Positions 28,898-41,376 of a stretch of 64,000 bases of DNA are shown here, in pieces; position 1 is the first letter of the stretch; each line of letters opens with the position of its first letter. The stretch comes from Myxococcota bacterium (GTDB lineage: Bacteria > Myxococcota_A > UBA9160 > UBA4427). Below the pieces are notes generated by a model. It saw only the letters and a list, made by a program, of their open reading frames with translations, ran no database searches and was not told where the DNA came from. Both the position numbers and the translations under genes were made by a program. The stretch lies in assembly GCA_965250285.1 (NCBI GenBank), contig OZ252299.1, positions 5,696,001-5,760,000 of the forward strand. Direction: 5' to 3'.

Positions 28898-28915
28898 TAT
28901 CAGTGATGGCTGATA
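28898..28915. promoter_or_regulatory. Palindromic putative operator upstream of the zorA-like gene
   Basis: TATCAG-N6-CTGATA, 63-80 bp upstream of the TTG start. Confidence 0.45.
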
Positions 28916-28919
28916 TCTG

Positions 28920-28976
28920 AAGGGAATTCTCGTGGGCTTATGCCCACGAATCACCCTTGGGGATCACAAAATCCCC
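28920..28976 (-). terminator. Twin hairpins after the gcvP stop
   Basis: TCGTGGGC-TTAT-GCCCACGA (28930-28949, flanked by AAGGG/CCCTT) and GGGGAT-N6-ATCCCC (28959-28976). Confidence 0.5.
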
Positions 28977-28987
28977 TCGAGCGCCGC

Positions 28988-31900
<2,913 letters not shown>

Positions 31901-32136
31901 GGGATCCGGGGGCTCGCGACCCGGTGCGCGAGCGGCACGCGCGCTCGCACGACGGGTCGACCTGGATCGGGCGAGCGCCGACGGCATGGTGGAGGGGTCG
32001 TCCGTCGCCCGCGACCGATGCATGCAATGGGTAGCAGACAACGGCGCGCGCTCAGAGTGTCGGCGCTCGGTTCGCGCGTTTCTATGTGTTCGCGCGTTCG
32101 CCGCGGACGCTTCTCGCGCCGGTTTCTCTCGCGGGC

Positions 32137-34155
32137 TCAGGGGCGCAGGTCGCTGGGATCGCCGATGTCCGGATCCGCCGACTCGGCGAGCGCCCGCTCG
32201 AGCTGCGCGAGACCCGGCGCGTCGCCGATCACGAGCAGGCGATCGCCCCCGTGCAGCGGATGATCGGCGTCGGGGTTGCGAAAGCTCTGACCGTGGTGCT
32301 CGACGATCAGCACGCTGCAGCCCGTTCGGGCACGCAGGTCGAGCGAGCGCAGGCTCGCACCGTCGGGGAACCCGTACGGCACCTCGACCCACTCGGGGCT
32401 GGCCTCTTCGAGCACCTCCATCACCCATGGATCGATCGGCATCATCGCGGCCGCGCGCATGGCCTCGTAGCCCTCGTCGCGCAGCGCCTCGGTGAAGCGC
32501 TGGATCGCGCCGGTCGGCGAGCCCAGGTGGGCCAGGGTGCGCGCGACGACCTCGATCCCGCCCTCGAACTCTTCGGCAACGATCTCGGTGGCGCCGGCCT
32601 CCGAGAGCTTGTCGACGTCGGCGACATAGCGTGTGCGCGAGAGGATGCGCGCCCGGTCGGTCATGACGCGCAGTCGGGAGACGACCCGCCGCGTGGCGAG
32701 CGGATCGCTGATCGCGACCACGATGAGTCGGGCGTCGCGTACACCCATGTGCTCGAGCACGGCCGGACGCGTGGCGTCGCCGAAGTGGATGTCCTCGCCC
32801 CGCGCCTTCGCCGCCTCGACCCCCTTCGCGTTGCCGTCGAGCACCGTGTACGAGACGCCCATCGAGCGCAGCACCCGCGCGAGCGTCTGGCCGGTGGGCC
32901 CGTAGCCGATCAGCACGACCGGTCCATCGGGCAGAGGCGCTTCAGCGTCGCCGGCCTGATCGTCGCCCGGCTGTTCGCCGCGTTCGATCCACGCGAAGAC
33001 TCGTTCGGTAATGCGGGGTGCGGCGCGCAGGATGAACGGGCTGGCGATCAGCGACAGGATCGAGCCCGCGAGGATCACCTGGTGCAGGCCCGCGTCGAGC
33101 AGCCCGGCTCGGCGCGCCGCCTCGGCCAGCACGAACGAGAACTCGCCGGTCTGCGCGAGTGCGAGCCCGGCCATCAACCCGGCGCGCCGGCTGCGACCGA
33201 GGAACCACCAGTTGGCCGCGGTCACGAGCCCGACTTTCAGCACCACCGTGGCGACCAGATAGAGGAGAACCGCGAGCTCGTTGCCCGCCAGCGCCGACGG
33301 ATCGAAGAACATGCCGACGGCGGTGAAGAAGAGCCCGAGCAGCACGCCGCGCAGCGGCACCACTTCGCTGAAGAGCTGGCTCGCGAACGGCGAGCGGGCC
33401 GCGGCCATGCCGGCGAGGAACGCGCCGACGGCGAGCGTCAGGCCCAGCTCCTCGGCGACGAACGCGGAGCCGAGGACGAGCAGGATCGCGAGCAGGCTGA
33501 AGAGGTCGGCCGAGCCCTCGCGGGCCACGCGCGTGAGCACCCGCGGCACGACGAAGCGCACGACGAAGAGCAAGAACGCGAGGGCGGCGGCCATTCGCGC
33601 GATCGCCAGCAAGAGCGCTTCGCCATCGGCGCCGCTGCCCGCTGCGAGCAGCGGCACCGCGAGGAGCACCGGCACGACCGCGAGATCCTGGAAGAGCAGC
33701 ACCGAGAGCGCGAGCTGGCCATGGGGCGCGTCGACCTGGCCCTCGTCGGTCAGCAGCTTCATCACGAGCGCGGTGCTCGACATCGCGACCGCGGCACCGA
33801 GAATCACCGCAGCCGGCCACGCGAGTCCGAACCACGTGCCGGCGAGGGCGGTGACGGCCGCGGTGCCGACGACCTGCGGCCCGCCGACGCGGAGCGCCTC
33901 GCGACCGAGATCGCGCAGGCGCTCCATGGGCAGCTCGAGGCCGATCTCGAAGAGAAGAAAGACGACGCCGAGCTCGGCGAGCACGCGCACGCGCTCGGGA
34001 TCATCGATCAAGCCGAGCGCGCCGGGCCCCGCCAGCGCACCGACCACGAGGAACCCGACAACGGCCGGCAGCTTGAAGCGCTCGAAGACCGCGAGTCCGC
34101 CGGCCGCGAGACCGAGCAGCAGGACGAGCTCGAAGAGATGGAACGACTCGTTCAA
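32137..34155 (-). CDS. CPA2 (Kef-type) cation:proton antiporter with TrkA-N and TrkA-C domains
   Basis: [43 protein letters not shown]. Confidence 0.92.
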   Translation of the reverse strand: MNESFHLFELVLLLGLAAGGLAVFERFKLPAVVGFLVVGALAGPGALGLIDDPERVRVLAELGVVFLLFEIGLELPMERLRDLGREALRVGGPQVVGTAAVTALAGTWFGLAWPAAVILGAAVAMSSTALVMKLLTDEGQVDAPHGQLALSVLLFQDLAVVPVLLAVPLLAAGSGADGEALLLAIARMAAALAFLLFVVRFVVPRVLTRVAREGSADLFSLLAILLVLGSAFVAEELGLTLAVGAFLAGMAAARSPFASQLFSEVVPLRGVLLGLFFTAVGMFFDPSALAGNELAVLLYLVATVVLKVGLVTAANWWFLGRSRRAGLMAGLALAQTGEFSFVLAEAARRAGLLDAGLHQVILAGSILSLIASPFILRAAPRITERVFAWIERGEQPGDDQAGDAEAPLPDGPVVLIGYGPTGQTLARVLRSMGVSYTVLDGNAKGVEAAKARGEDIHFGDATRPAVLEHMGVRDARLIVVAISDPLATRRVVSRLRVMTDRARILSRTRYVADVDKLSEAGATEIVAEEFEGGIEVVARTLAHLGSPTGAIQRFTEALRDEGYEAMRAAAMMPIDPWVMEVLEEASPEWVEVPYGFPDGASLRSLDLRARTGCSVLIVEHHGQSFRNPDADHPLHGGDRLLVIGDAPGLAQLERALAESADPDIGDPSDLRP

Positions 34156-34353
34156 TGCGCGCTCCGCCCGTCGACGTCGATCGGGCTACGACGATTCTCA
34201 CGCCGACGCCCGTCCGACCGGGCCCGGGCTTTCGGTGGGCCTGCCCAGGTTACCCCTCGACTTCGACACTGCGCGGGGTGTGCATGCGCAGATTAACCTC
34301 AAGGTGCCCGTCGTGACTCGCGATACGAAGGGTCGGAGATCGCGGCGGCCCGG

Positions 34354-34602
34354 GTGGAGGACACTCCGGGCCGACCCGAAGCAGCGCCAGGTTCAACATT
34401 GCCGCCCAGCCATCGCACGCGCCCCGGTTTCGACCCGACTCAATCCGACGTTCGCACGGTCGCCTTCGACCACGGTCTCGTGACCGAAGAGGCGAGCTTT
34501 CTCGAGCATCGCGCGGCGCTCGATGCGACCGTGCTCGCACCCACCTCGGGTGAAGAGGTCGTGCTCGAGCTGCGTGCCGGCGTGCTCCGTCGCTCCGTCT
34601 GA
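34354..34602 (+). CDS. Possible small hypothetical protein or gene remnant
   Basis: 82-aa ORF; 3' half has GC3-rich codons; no recognised motif. Confidence 0.3.
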   Translation: MEDTPGRPEAAPGSTLPPSHRTRPGFDPTQSDVRTVAFDHGLVTEEASFLEHRAALDATVLAPTSGEEVVLELRAGVLRRSV

Positions 34603-35063
34603 CTCGGTCTTCCGGGTTTCGACCGCAGCCCGAGCCCCCGCACGCACCCGCGATCCGTCACGCGTCCCATTCGACGATCCCGCACCACCAGCATCCCCAG
34701 AGGGCCTGTGCTTCCGGCGATCTTCGGGTGATCGACCCCGATTGACGGCCTTGGTGTGGGGTAATGGCATCGCTTGATGCGGGTCAACGGACGCGCGCGG
34801 CTCCTCGATGCCGCTAAGCTGTCGCGAAGCGCCGGGCCCCCGGGTGGACTGACGATGGCCCGCCGCGCCGCACCATTCGTGACCGGAAGTGCGCGTCGCC
34901 GAACCCTCGCTGCAACATGGTGTAGGGCCATATCGGCGACCACGCACAGCCGTCGGGTCGCGACCTCGGTCGTCTTTCGGCACCGAGCGACGCACTCGAC
35001 GCGGGGCAGCCGAGAGCCGGCCGCCCGACCGATCGCGCGCATGGTCGGGTACCGGGAGAACCA

Positions 35064-36134
35064 ATGGGACTGCACCCGCTCATCGAGCTGTCGGAAGACC
35101 GCGAAGTGCGGCAGGCGAAGGGCTTTCGTGCTCGCGCCGCCGAACTGAACGGCGCGGCGCTCGAGGCCGACTACGAGGCCGAGAAGCGAAACGCGCCGAG
35201 CCGCGCGGCCGAGGGCAAGAAGTACCTCGGGCAGAAGAACGTACGGATTCCGTCCGCCCCGCAGAAGGGCAAGGACGATCGACATCTCTCGCTCGCGACC
35301 TCCGCATTCATTGCCGCGGGCGGGGCGTCACCCGAGCTGCCGAACGGCGACGAGCTGACGGTGCTCGACGCGATGGTGCCGCTGCGCACCGCCGCGCCTG
35401 ACAAGGCCAAGGGTGACTCGGATCCGAACAAGGGTGTCGATGACATCGATCTGCTGGGCCTGCTGCCCGACGGCCGACCGGCGGTGGTGTGCGTGCGCTA
35501 TTTGGCGCCCGATGCGACGCGCGGTGGCGCCGGTGACACACCCCTGCGTGCGTTGCTGCGCGGCCTCGCGCTCGTCGCGATGGTCGACGGCAACAAGGAA
35601 GAGCTCGGCGCCGAGATCGAGGAGAAGGCGGGTCGCCCGACCGACAAGGAGCAGGCACCGGCGCTCATCATCGCGGGCGCGCCCCGCTACTGGGAGCTGT
35701 GCCGCAAGCGAGAGGCGCAGAAGGGCGCGGCGTGGATTCGCGAGATGGAGCGCCTCGGGCGCGAGATCTCGGAGCAGATCGGCGTCGAGGTGCTCTTCGT
35801 GTCGTGGGATCTCGATGGCAATCCGCCCTGGAGCTACGGCGAAGGCGGTCCGGTTCTGAACGAACCCTTCGGCTTCAAGGCCGCGTGGGAATCGGGAGCC
35901 GGCAAGCTCAAGCCGAAGCCCAAGGCGAAGAAGTCCGCGCCCACGGTCGAGATCATCGAAGCCGATCCGTCGAAGCCGGTGCGTTCGTACAACATGCGCG
36001 AGTCGTATGAGCCGGGCGATGCCATCGATCACCCGACGCTCGGTCAGGGCGTCGTCCAGGCCGTGACCGGCCGCGGCAAGATCGCCGTCCGCTTCGGCGA
36101 AGAGACCAAGCCGCTCATTCACGAGCGCGCCTGA
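35064..36134 (+). CDS. Hypothetical protein: degenerate PD-(D/E)xK-like domain plus C-terminal UvrD/PcrA-type Tudor domain
   Basis: VPLR...GVDDIDLLGL...AVVCVRY...GDTPLRALL; C-terminus YEPGDAIDHPTLGQGVV...KIAVRF; GGGAG RBS. Confidence 0.7.
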   Translation: MGLHPLIELSEDREVRQAKGFRARAAELNGAALEADYEAEKRNAPSRAAEGKKYLGQKNVRIPSAPQKGKDDRHLSLATSAFIAAGGASPELPNGDELTVLDAMVPLRTAAPDKAKGDSDPNKGVDDIDLLGLLPDGRPAVVCVRYLAPDATRGGAGDTPLRALLRGLALVAMVDGNKEELGAEIEEKAGRPTDKEQAPALIIAGAPRYWELCRKREAQKGAAWIREMERLGREISEQIGVEVLFVSWDLDGNPPWSYGEGGPVLNEPFGFKAAWESGAGKLKPKPKAKKSAPTVEIIEADPSKPVRSYNMRESYEPGDAIDHPTLGQGVVQAVTGRGKIAVRFGEETKPLIHERA

Positions 36135-36190
36135 AGCGCCGAGGCGAGCCAGGCAGCAGCACGCGGGCGAGGCCCGCACAGAGGAAGAGC

Positions 36191-37078
36191 ATGTCCGAAG
36201 GAAGCAACCCCGACTTTTACAAGTTCACCGGCACCGACGGCTACATCGTCTCGCGGTCGCTGGTCGAGGCGGTGAACTGCGCGATCGCCCTCGAGCGCCC
36301 GCTGCTCATCAAGGGCGAACCGGGCACGGGCAAGACCCTGCTCGCGCGCCACGTGGCCGAGGGGCTCGGCATGCCGATGGAGCAGTGGCACATCAAGTCG
36401 ACGTCGAAGGCGAACGAGGGCCTCTACGTCTACGACACGCTGCAGCGCCTGAACGACGCGCGTTTCGGCGACGGCGATGTGAGCGACATTCGTCACTACA
36501 TCAAGTACGGCCCGCTCGGGCGCGTGTTCGCGGCGAAGGATCGGCACGTGCTGCTGATCGACGAGATCGACAAGGCCGATCTCGAGTTTCCGAACGACAT
36601 CCTGCGCGAGATCGACGAGATGCGCTTCACGGTGATGGAGACCGGCGACGAAGTCGTCGCGAAGGAGCGACCCGTCGTCATCATCACGTCGAACAACGAG
36701 AAAGAGCTGCCGGACGCGTTTCTGCGCCGCTGCGTCTTTCACTTCATCGAGTTCCCCGAGCCGCCGCTCATGAAGCAGATCGTCGACGTGCACCACCCGA
36801 ACATCGACACGACGCTGCTCGACCAGGTGCTGATCAAGTTCTACTGGCTTCGCGGTCAGAACGAGCTGCGCAAGAAGCCGTCGACGAGTGAGCTCATCGA
36901 CTGGATCTCGGCGCTGCTGCGGTCCGGCGTCAGCCAGGAGCAGCTCGAGCAGCACATCCCGTTCCTGGGCTCGCTGCTGAAGAACGAGCAGGATTCGGTG
37001 GCCGTCGCGAACTACGAAGAGCAGGGCGGCACCATGCCCACCGAATGGTCGGAGCTCGGCCCCAAGTACAATCAGTAG
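36191..37078 (+). CDS. MoxR family AAA+ ATPase
   Basis: GEPGTGKT, LLIDEIDKAD, ITSNNEKELPDAFLRRC, KKPSTSELIDW. Confidence 0.95.
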   Translation: MSEGSNPDFYKFTGTDGYIVSRSLVEAVNCAIALERPLLIKGEPGTGKTLLARHVAEGLGMPMEQWHIKSTSKANEGLYVYDTLQRLNDARFGDGDVSDIRHYIKYGPLGRVFAAKDRHVLLIDEIDKADLEFPNDILREIDEMRFTVMETGDEVVAKERPVVIITSNNEKELPDAFLRRCVFHFIEFPEPPLMKQIVDVHHPNIDTTLLDQVLIKFYWLRGQNELRKKPSTSELIDWISALLRSGVSQEQLEQHIPFLGSLLKNEQDSVAVANYEEQGGTMPTEWSELGPKYNQ

Positions 37079-37098
37079 CCACGCATCGAGGTACGAAG

Positions 37099-38310
37099 GT
37101 GTTCCTGGATCTGTTCTACGGTCTGAAAGAAGAAGGCGTGCCGGTCTCCATCCAGGAGTGGCAGATGCTGATGACCGCGCTCGAGCAGAACCTGCACAAG
37201 AGCGATCTGCTCACCTTCTACAACCTCTCGAAGTCGATCCTCGTCAAGAGTGAGACCTACTACGACGCCTTCGACCGCGTCTTCGCGAAGATCTTTCACG
37301 GCGTCGAGGGCGAGTTCGAGGCGAGCGACGAGCTGTGGGACTGGCTCGCCGAAGCGAAGGAGTTCGAAGAGCTCACCGAGGAGCAGCGCAAGGCCCTCGA
37401 AGAGCTCGACGCCGACGAGCTCATGCGCAAGTACCTCGAGACGCTCGAGGAGCAGGACGAGCAGCACGATGGCGGCGGCAAGTGGATCGGCACGGGGGGG
37501 CGCTCGCCCTTCGGGCACGGCGGCGAGCATCCGACCGGGATCCGAGTCGGCGGGAAGTCGCGCAACCGCTCGGCCATGAAGGTCGCCGAGGATCGTCGAT
37601 TCCAGGACTACCGCACCGACATGAACCTCGACCTGCGCAACACGAAGCTCGCGCTCAAGCGACTGCGTCACCTGACGCGCACGGGGCCTCAGGACGAGCT
37701 CGATATCGACGCGACCGTCGACACCACGTGCAAGAACGCGGGCGAGATCGAGCTCGAGTACACGGCCCCGCGCCGCAACAACGTACGTCTCGCGCTGTTC
37801 ATGGACGTCGGTGGCACGATGGATCCGTACTACGAGCCGGTCAGCCGGCTGCTGACGGCACTGCACGAAGAACGCGGTTTGCGCGACTTCAAGGCCTACT
37901 ACTTCCACAACTGCATCTACGAGCGCGTCGGCACGACCGCCGACATGTACGTGAAGGACGCGCTCCCGACCGGGCAGATCCTGCGCACCCTCGACGAGCG
38001 CTGGAAGGTGCTCATCATCGGCGATGCGGCCATGCACCCCGCCGAGCTGCTGAGCGAGCGGGGCAACATCAACCCGCGCTATCAGGCCGATACACGCGGG
38101 ATCGACTGGCTGCAGCGTATCCGGGAGCACTTCGAACGCGTCGTCTGGCTGAATCCCGATCCCCAGGCCGACTGGGAGTACACGCGGACGACGCGCATCA
38201 TCGGAGAGCTCTTCCCGATGCTGCCGCTCTCGCTCGATGGCATTCAAGATGCGGTGACGATGCTCGTGGGCGGACGCCCCTCTGCACCCGAAGGACACAT
38301 GCGCCACTGA
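37099..38310 (+). CDS. VWA-domain (CoxE-like) MoxR partner
   Basis: GGGKWIGTGGRSPFG, MIDAS-like DVGGTM, YYFHNCIY, IGDAAM, WLNP. GTG start. Confidence 0.9.
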   Translation: MFLDLFYGLKEEGVPVSIQEWQMLMTALEQNLHKSDLLTFYNLSKSILVKSETYYDAFDRVFAKIFHGVEGEFEASDELWDWLAEAKEFEELTEEQRKALEELDADELMRKYLETLEEQDEQHDGGGKWIGTGGRSPFGHGGEHPTGIRVGGKSRNRSAMKVAEDRRFQDYRTDMNLDLRNTKLALKRLRHLTRTGPQDELDIDATVDTTCKNAGEIELEYTAPRRNNVRLALFMDVGGTMDPYYEPVSRLLTALHEERGLRDFKAYYFHNCIYERVGTTADMYVKDALPTGQILRTLDERWKVLIIGDAAMHPAELLSERGNINPRYQADTRGIDWLQRIREHFERVVWLNPDPQADWEYTRTTRIIGELFPMLPLSLDGIQDAVTMLVGGRPSAPEGHMRH

Positions 38311-38334
38311 GGCTGGGCCCCGCTTCGGCTTCGT

Positions 38335-38402
38335 TCAGTTGTGGCTCAGGTCAGGCCGGCCCGCGCGGTCAGTTGTGGCTCAGGTAGGGCCGGCCCGCTC
38401 GG
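38335..38402. repeat. 34-bp tandem duplication of a gene 3' end including the stop codon
   Basis: TCAGTTGTGGCTCAGGTCAGGCCGGCCCGCGCGG then TCAGTTGTGGCTCAGGTAGGGCCGGCCCGCTCGG. Confidence 0.9.
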
Positions 38403-40030
38403 TAGAGCGCGAGCCGCTGCTCGAGGCCAGGCACGCCAGGAAGATTCGTCGCGCGGATCGTCGCGAGCGCGGCATCGCAGGTCGCGACCGCGTCCCTGAA
38501 GCGACCGACCCGCGCATAGGCCGCGGCGAGCGTGTCGAGGGAGTCGGGCTGCCTTCGTCCTTCGCGATCGACGGCCTCTTCGGCGTAGGCCACCGCCTCG
38601 AGATGCTCTTCACGATTCGACTTCGGATCCGTCGCGAGCTTCCAGGCGATGTTGTTCAGCAGGGTCGGGCTGCGCTCGATCTCGAGCGCGCCCCGCATGA
38701 CGTCGAGGCCGGCGTCGCGCTGACCGGCGTCGATGTAGGCGCGGCCGAGCTTCTCGACCATGTCGACGCGATCGCGTCCGATCAGCTCGAGGCGCCACAC
38801 CGCCGACTTGAGGCGAGCGAGATCGCCGCTCTCGTCGGCGCGCAGGTCCCAGATCTCGACGACGAGCGCCAGCGTGCAGAGCACCGCGGCGGCCCAGAGC
38901 CCGCGCGCACTCCAGCGCAGGGCGCGCGATGGCTCGGCGTCGACGTCGGCCGAGGTGTCGTTGCCGAGCAGGATCTTGGCCACCTGGCCATCGCGCAGCT
39001 TCCAGATCGCGCCGTCGATCACGAAGTGATGCAGGTTCACGACTGAAGCGCCGAGCACCCCGAGGCCGCCGATCCACGAAGGCGCGCCCGACAGCAGATG
39101 CGCTGCGGCGAGGCCCGGTAGTACGACGGCGAAGGAGCCTGCGAGCAGCACGCGCAGCGTCCACGCCCCCCAGCCGAAGCCCGCCTCTTCGCGCCGGGTG
39201 TAGTACGACGTGACCCAGAGGTACTGCGCCGAATGCGCCACCGATGCCCAGAAGGCGGTGAAAGCGAGTGAGGTGAGCGGATAGCCGGTGGCCAGGCCGA
39301 TGGCCGGCACGACGAACCAGCACGCCTGGCACGCGACGAGCGACGCGACGGCGAAGAGGCCCGAGCGCGGAGCGCCGGCCGAGCCGAGGCGCACGATCGA
39401 AACGAGCGTCAGTACGACGTACGCCACCGATAGCGCGAGCACGATCGGGATCGTCCAGGTGGCGGGGAGCCCTGCCCGCAGCGCGCCCAGGCCGGCCGAT
39501 GTGGCCGTGATGTCGGCGGCGAAGGTCGACGACTGCCCCTCGGTCTGGAACACGGCCAGGGCGACACCGAACGAGAGCCAGAACGCGACGTAGAGCATGC
39601 GGCGAGTCGTTGCGTCGACCGCTACGCCCTGGCGTCGCATGAAGGTGAGGGCGAGGCCGTAGTTCTGCCCGGCGAAGTGCCAGGGGCTCCAGAGCAGGTA
39701 AGCCGTGATGATGGCGGATCCGACCAAGGGGAGCTGGGTGCCAGCCACGAAGAGCAGGGCGAGCACGGCGGTCGTCCAGCGCATGATCGCGCCGTAGCGG
39801 GCGCGTGCCCGGGGCGTACCGAGCACGCGAATCAGCGTGGCGCCGTAGTGCGGGGTATTGAAGAGCAGGCTCAGGACGAGCACGGTCTCGGGCGCCCAGG
39901 CCTGCAGACCGTCGCGCGCGGCGTAGGCGAGCAGCGGCACCGTGATCAGATAGCCGGCCCCGGCCCCCACCAGCAGATCGACGGTGCGACCGTGGAGCCA
40001 GGCGTCGCCTTGATTCGCTGTTCGCGCCAT
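38369..40030 (-). CDS. Polytopic His-motif membrane protein with C-terminal TPR repeats
   Basis: About 10 TMs; PHYGAT, PWHFAGQNYG, AHSAQY, LHHFVIDGAIWKLRD; TPR LNNIAW...LDTLAAAYA. Confidence 0.8.
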   Translation of the reverse strand: MARTANQGDAWLHGRTVDLLVGAGAGYLITVPLLAYAARDGLQAWAPETVLVLSLLFNTPHYGATLIRVLGTPRARARYGAIMRWTTAVLALLFVAGTQLPLVGSAIITAYLLWSPWHFAGQNYGLALTFMRRQGVAVDATTRRMLYVAFWLSFGVALAVFQTEGQSSTFAADITATSAGLGALRAGLPATWTIPIVLALSVAYVVLTLVSIVRLGSAGAPRSGLFAVASLVACQACWFVVPAIGLATGYPLTSLAFTAFWASVAHSAQYLWVTSYYTRREEAGFGWGAWTLRVLLAGSFAVVLPGLAAAHLLSGAPSWIGGLGVLGASVVNLHHFVIDGAIWKLRDGQVAKILLGNDTSADVDAEPSRALRWSARGLWAAAVLCTLALVVEIWDLRADESGDLARLKSAVWRLELIGRDRVDMVEKLGRAYIDAGQRDAGLDVMRGALEIERSPTLLNNIAWKLATDPKSNREEHLEAVAYAEEAVDREGRRQPDSLDTLAAAYARVGRFRDAVATCDAALATIRATNLPGVPGLEQRLALYRAGRPYLSHN

Positions 40031-40316
40031 CGGGGGAGGATATGGCGAGACGGCCTCGCCGGTGCAGAGAAATCGGCATCGACGCGCGGCCGGATCCGCT
40101 TTTTCGCTGCATGCTTCCTCGGGGGCAAGGCGTTGCTCCCGGTGGCCTCGGCAGCTCGAACGCGATCGTCGGCTGCGCTTCGGTACGCTCGGTCGGGGCG
40201 CACGACGAGCGCGTGGGTCGCGAGCGAGATCGACTGCGCTGCACATGCGTTGCGCATCGAGGCGACGCGCGAGTGAAGGCCCGCGTGCACGCACGACAGA
40301 GAGAGGAGCCCGCATC

Positions 40317-41330
40317 ATGTGGATCGCGCTGCTCGTCGCGGCCGGATTGGTCGGCGCCTTCCTGTACGAGAAGTCGAAGCGCAAGACCCACCCCGTTGAG
40401 GGTGGGCTGCACCGCGAGATCACCCTACCGCACGAGGCCGAGTTCGAGCTCTACCACAACGCGCTCTCGCTCTGCTCGATGAAGGCGCGATTCTGCCTGA
40501 CCGAGCTCGGCATCGACTACGTCGGCCATCACGTACACCTGATCGAGACGGGCGCGTACGAGACGCTGAGCCGCGACTTCCTGCGCGTGAACCCGGCCGG
40601 CACGGTGCCGGTGCTGGTGCACGAAGGGCACCCGGTCTACGAGTCGCACGATCAGATCGTGTACGCGGCCGAGCATGCGCCGCCCGGTCATCCCCAGCTG
40701 ATGCCCGAGGATCCCGCTGCGCGCGCGATCGTCGAGCGTCACGTCGATGGCACGGGCATCGTGGGCGACCCGATGGCCGACCTCGGCCACGGCGTGGGCA
40801 ACGCGGTTCCGCCGCTGACGGTGCCGCTCTTCGCGGCGATGATCGACGACATCCCGACATGGAAGATTCTCGAGGGCCTGCTCTTTCACATCGATCGGCG
40901 CCGCCCCGTGGTCTTTCTCGCACTCAAGCTCTTCGGCCTACGCGGCTTCACGCGGCTCGGGCCCGCAACCAAGCTGATGGCGCGATCGCGCGTTCTGGTC
41001 GCCGGGCACCTCGATGCGCTCGAGGCCGAACTCGAGGAGCGCGGCGGGCCGTGGATCGTGGGCGATCAGTTCACGCTCGCTGACGTCGGCTGGTGCGCGA
41101 TCCTCGAACGCCTTCGGCAGGCATGCTGGATCGATCTCTATCTCGGGTCGGGCCAGCGCCCTGCGTGCGCGGCGTACTGGGAGCGCCTGCAGAAGCGCCC
41201 CTCGTACGATGTCGCGATCCTCGAGAACGGCCACCCGGCCATCGACCGGGGGATGCAGCGTCTGGCCGATGCCAAGGCTCGAGACCCGGGGTTTCGCGCG
41301 GCGCTCGAAGGCGAGGCGACTGCACTCTGA
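40317..41330 (+). CDS. Glutathione S-transferase family protein with N-terminal membrane anchor
   Basis: MWIALLVAAGLVGAFL; LYHNALSLCSMKAR, NPAGTVPVL, ESHDQI, GDQFTLADV; GAGGAG RBS. Confidence 0.88.
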   Translation: MWIALLVAAGLVGAFLYEKSKRKTHPVEGGLHREITLPHEAEFELYHNALSLCSMKARFCLTELGIDYVGHHVHLIETGAYETLSRDFLRVNPAGTVPVLVHEGHPVYESHDQIVYAAEHAPPGHPQLMPEDPAARAIVERHVDGTGIVGDPMADLGHGVGNAVPPLTVPLFAAMIDDIPTWKILEGLLFHIDRRRPVVFLALKLFGLRGFTRLGPATKLMARSRVLVAGHLDALEAELEERGGPWIVGDQFTLADVGWCAILERLRQACWIDLYLGSGQRPACAAYWERLQKRPSYDVAILENGHPAIDRGMQRLADAKARDPGFRAALEGEATAL

Positions 41331-41376
41331 CCGGAGTCGGGGCCCGCGCCCCGCTCCGGCTTGGTCCGCGCCCCGC

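Noticed and set aside
31901..32136. Glycine riboswitch upstream of gcvP
   Set aside because: I could not find the conserved GGAGA...CCGAAG...CUCUCAGG elements; only a short AACGCGCGAAC direct repeat.
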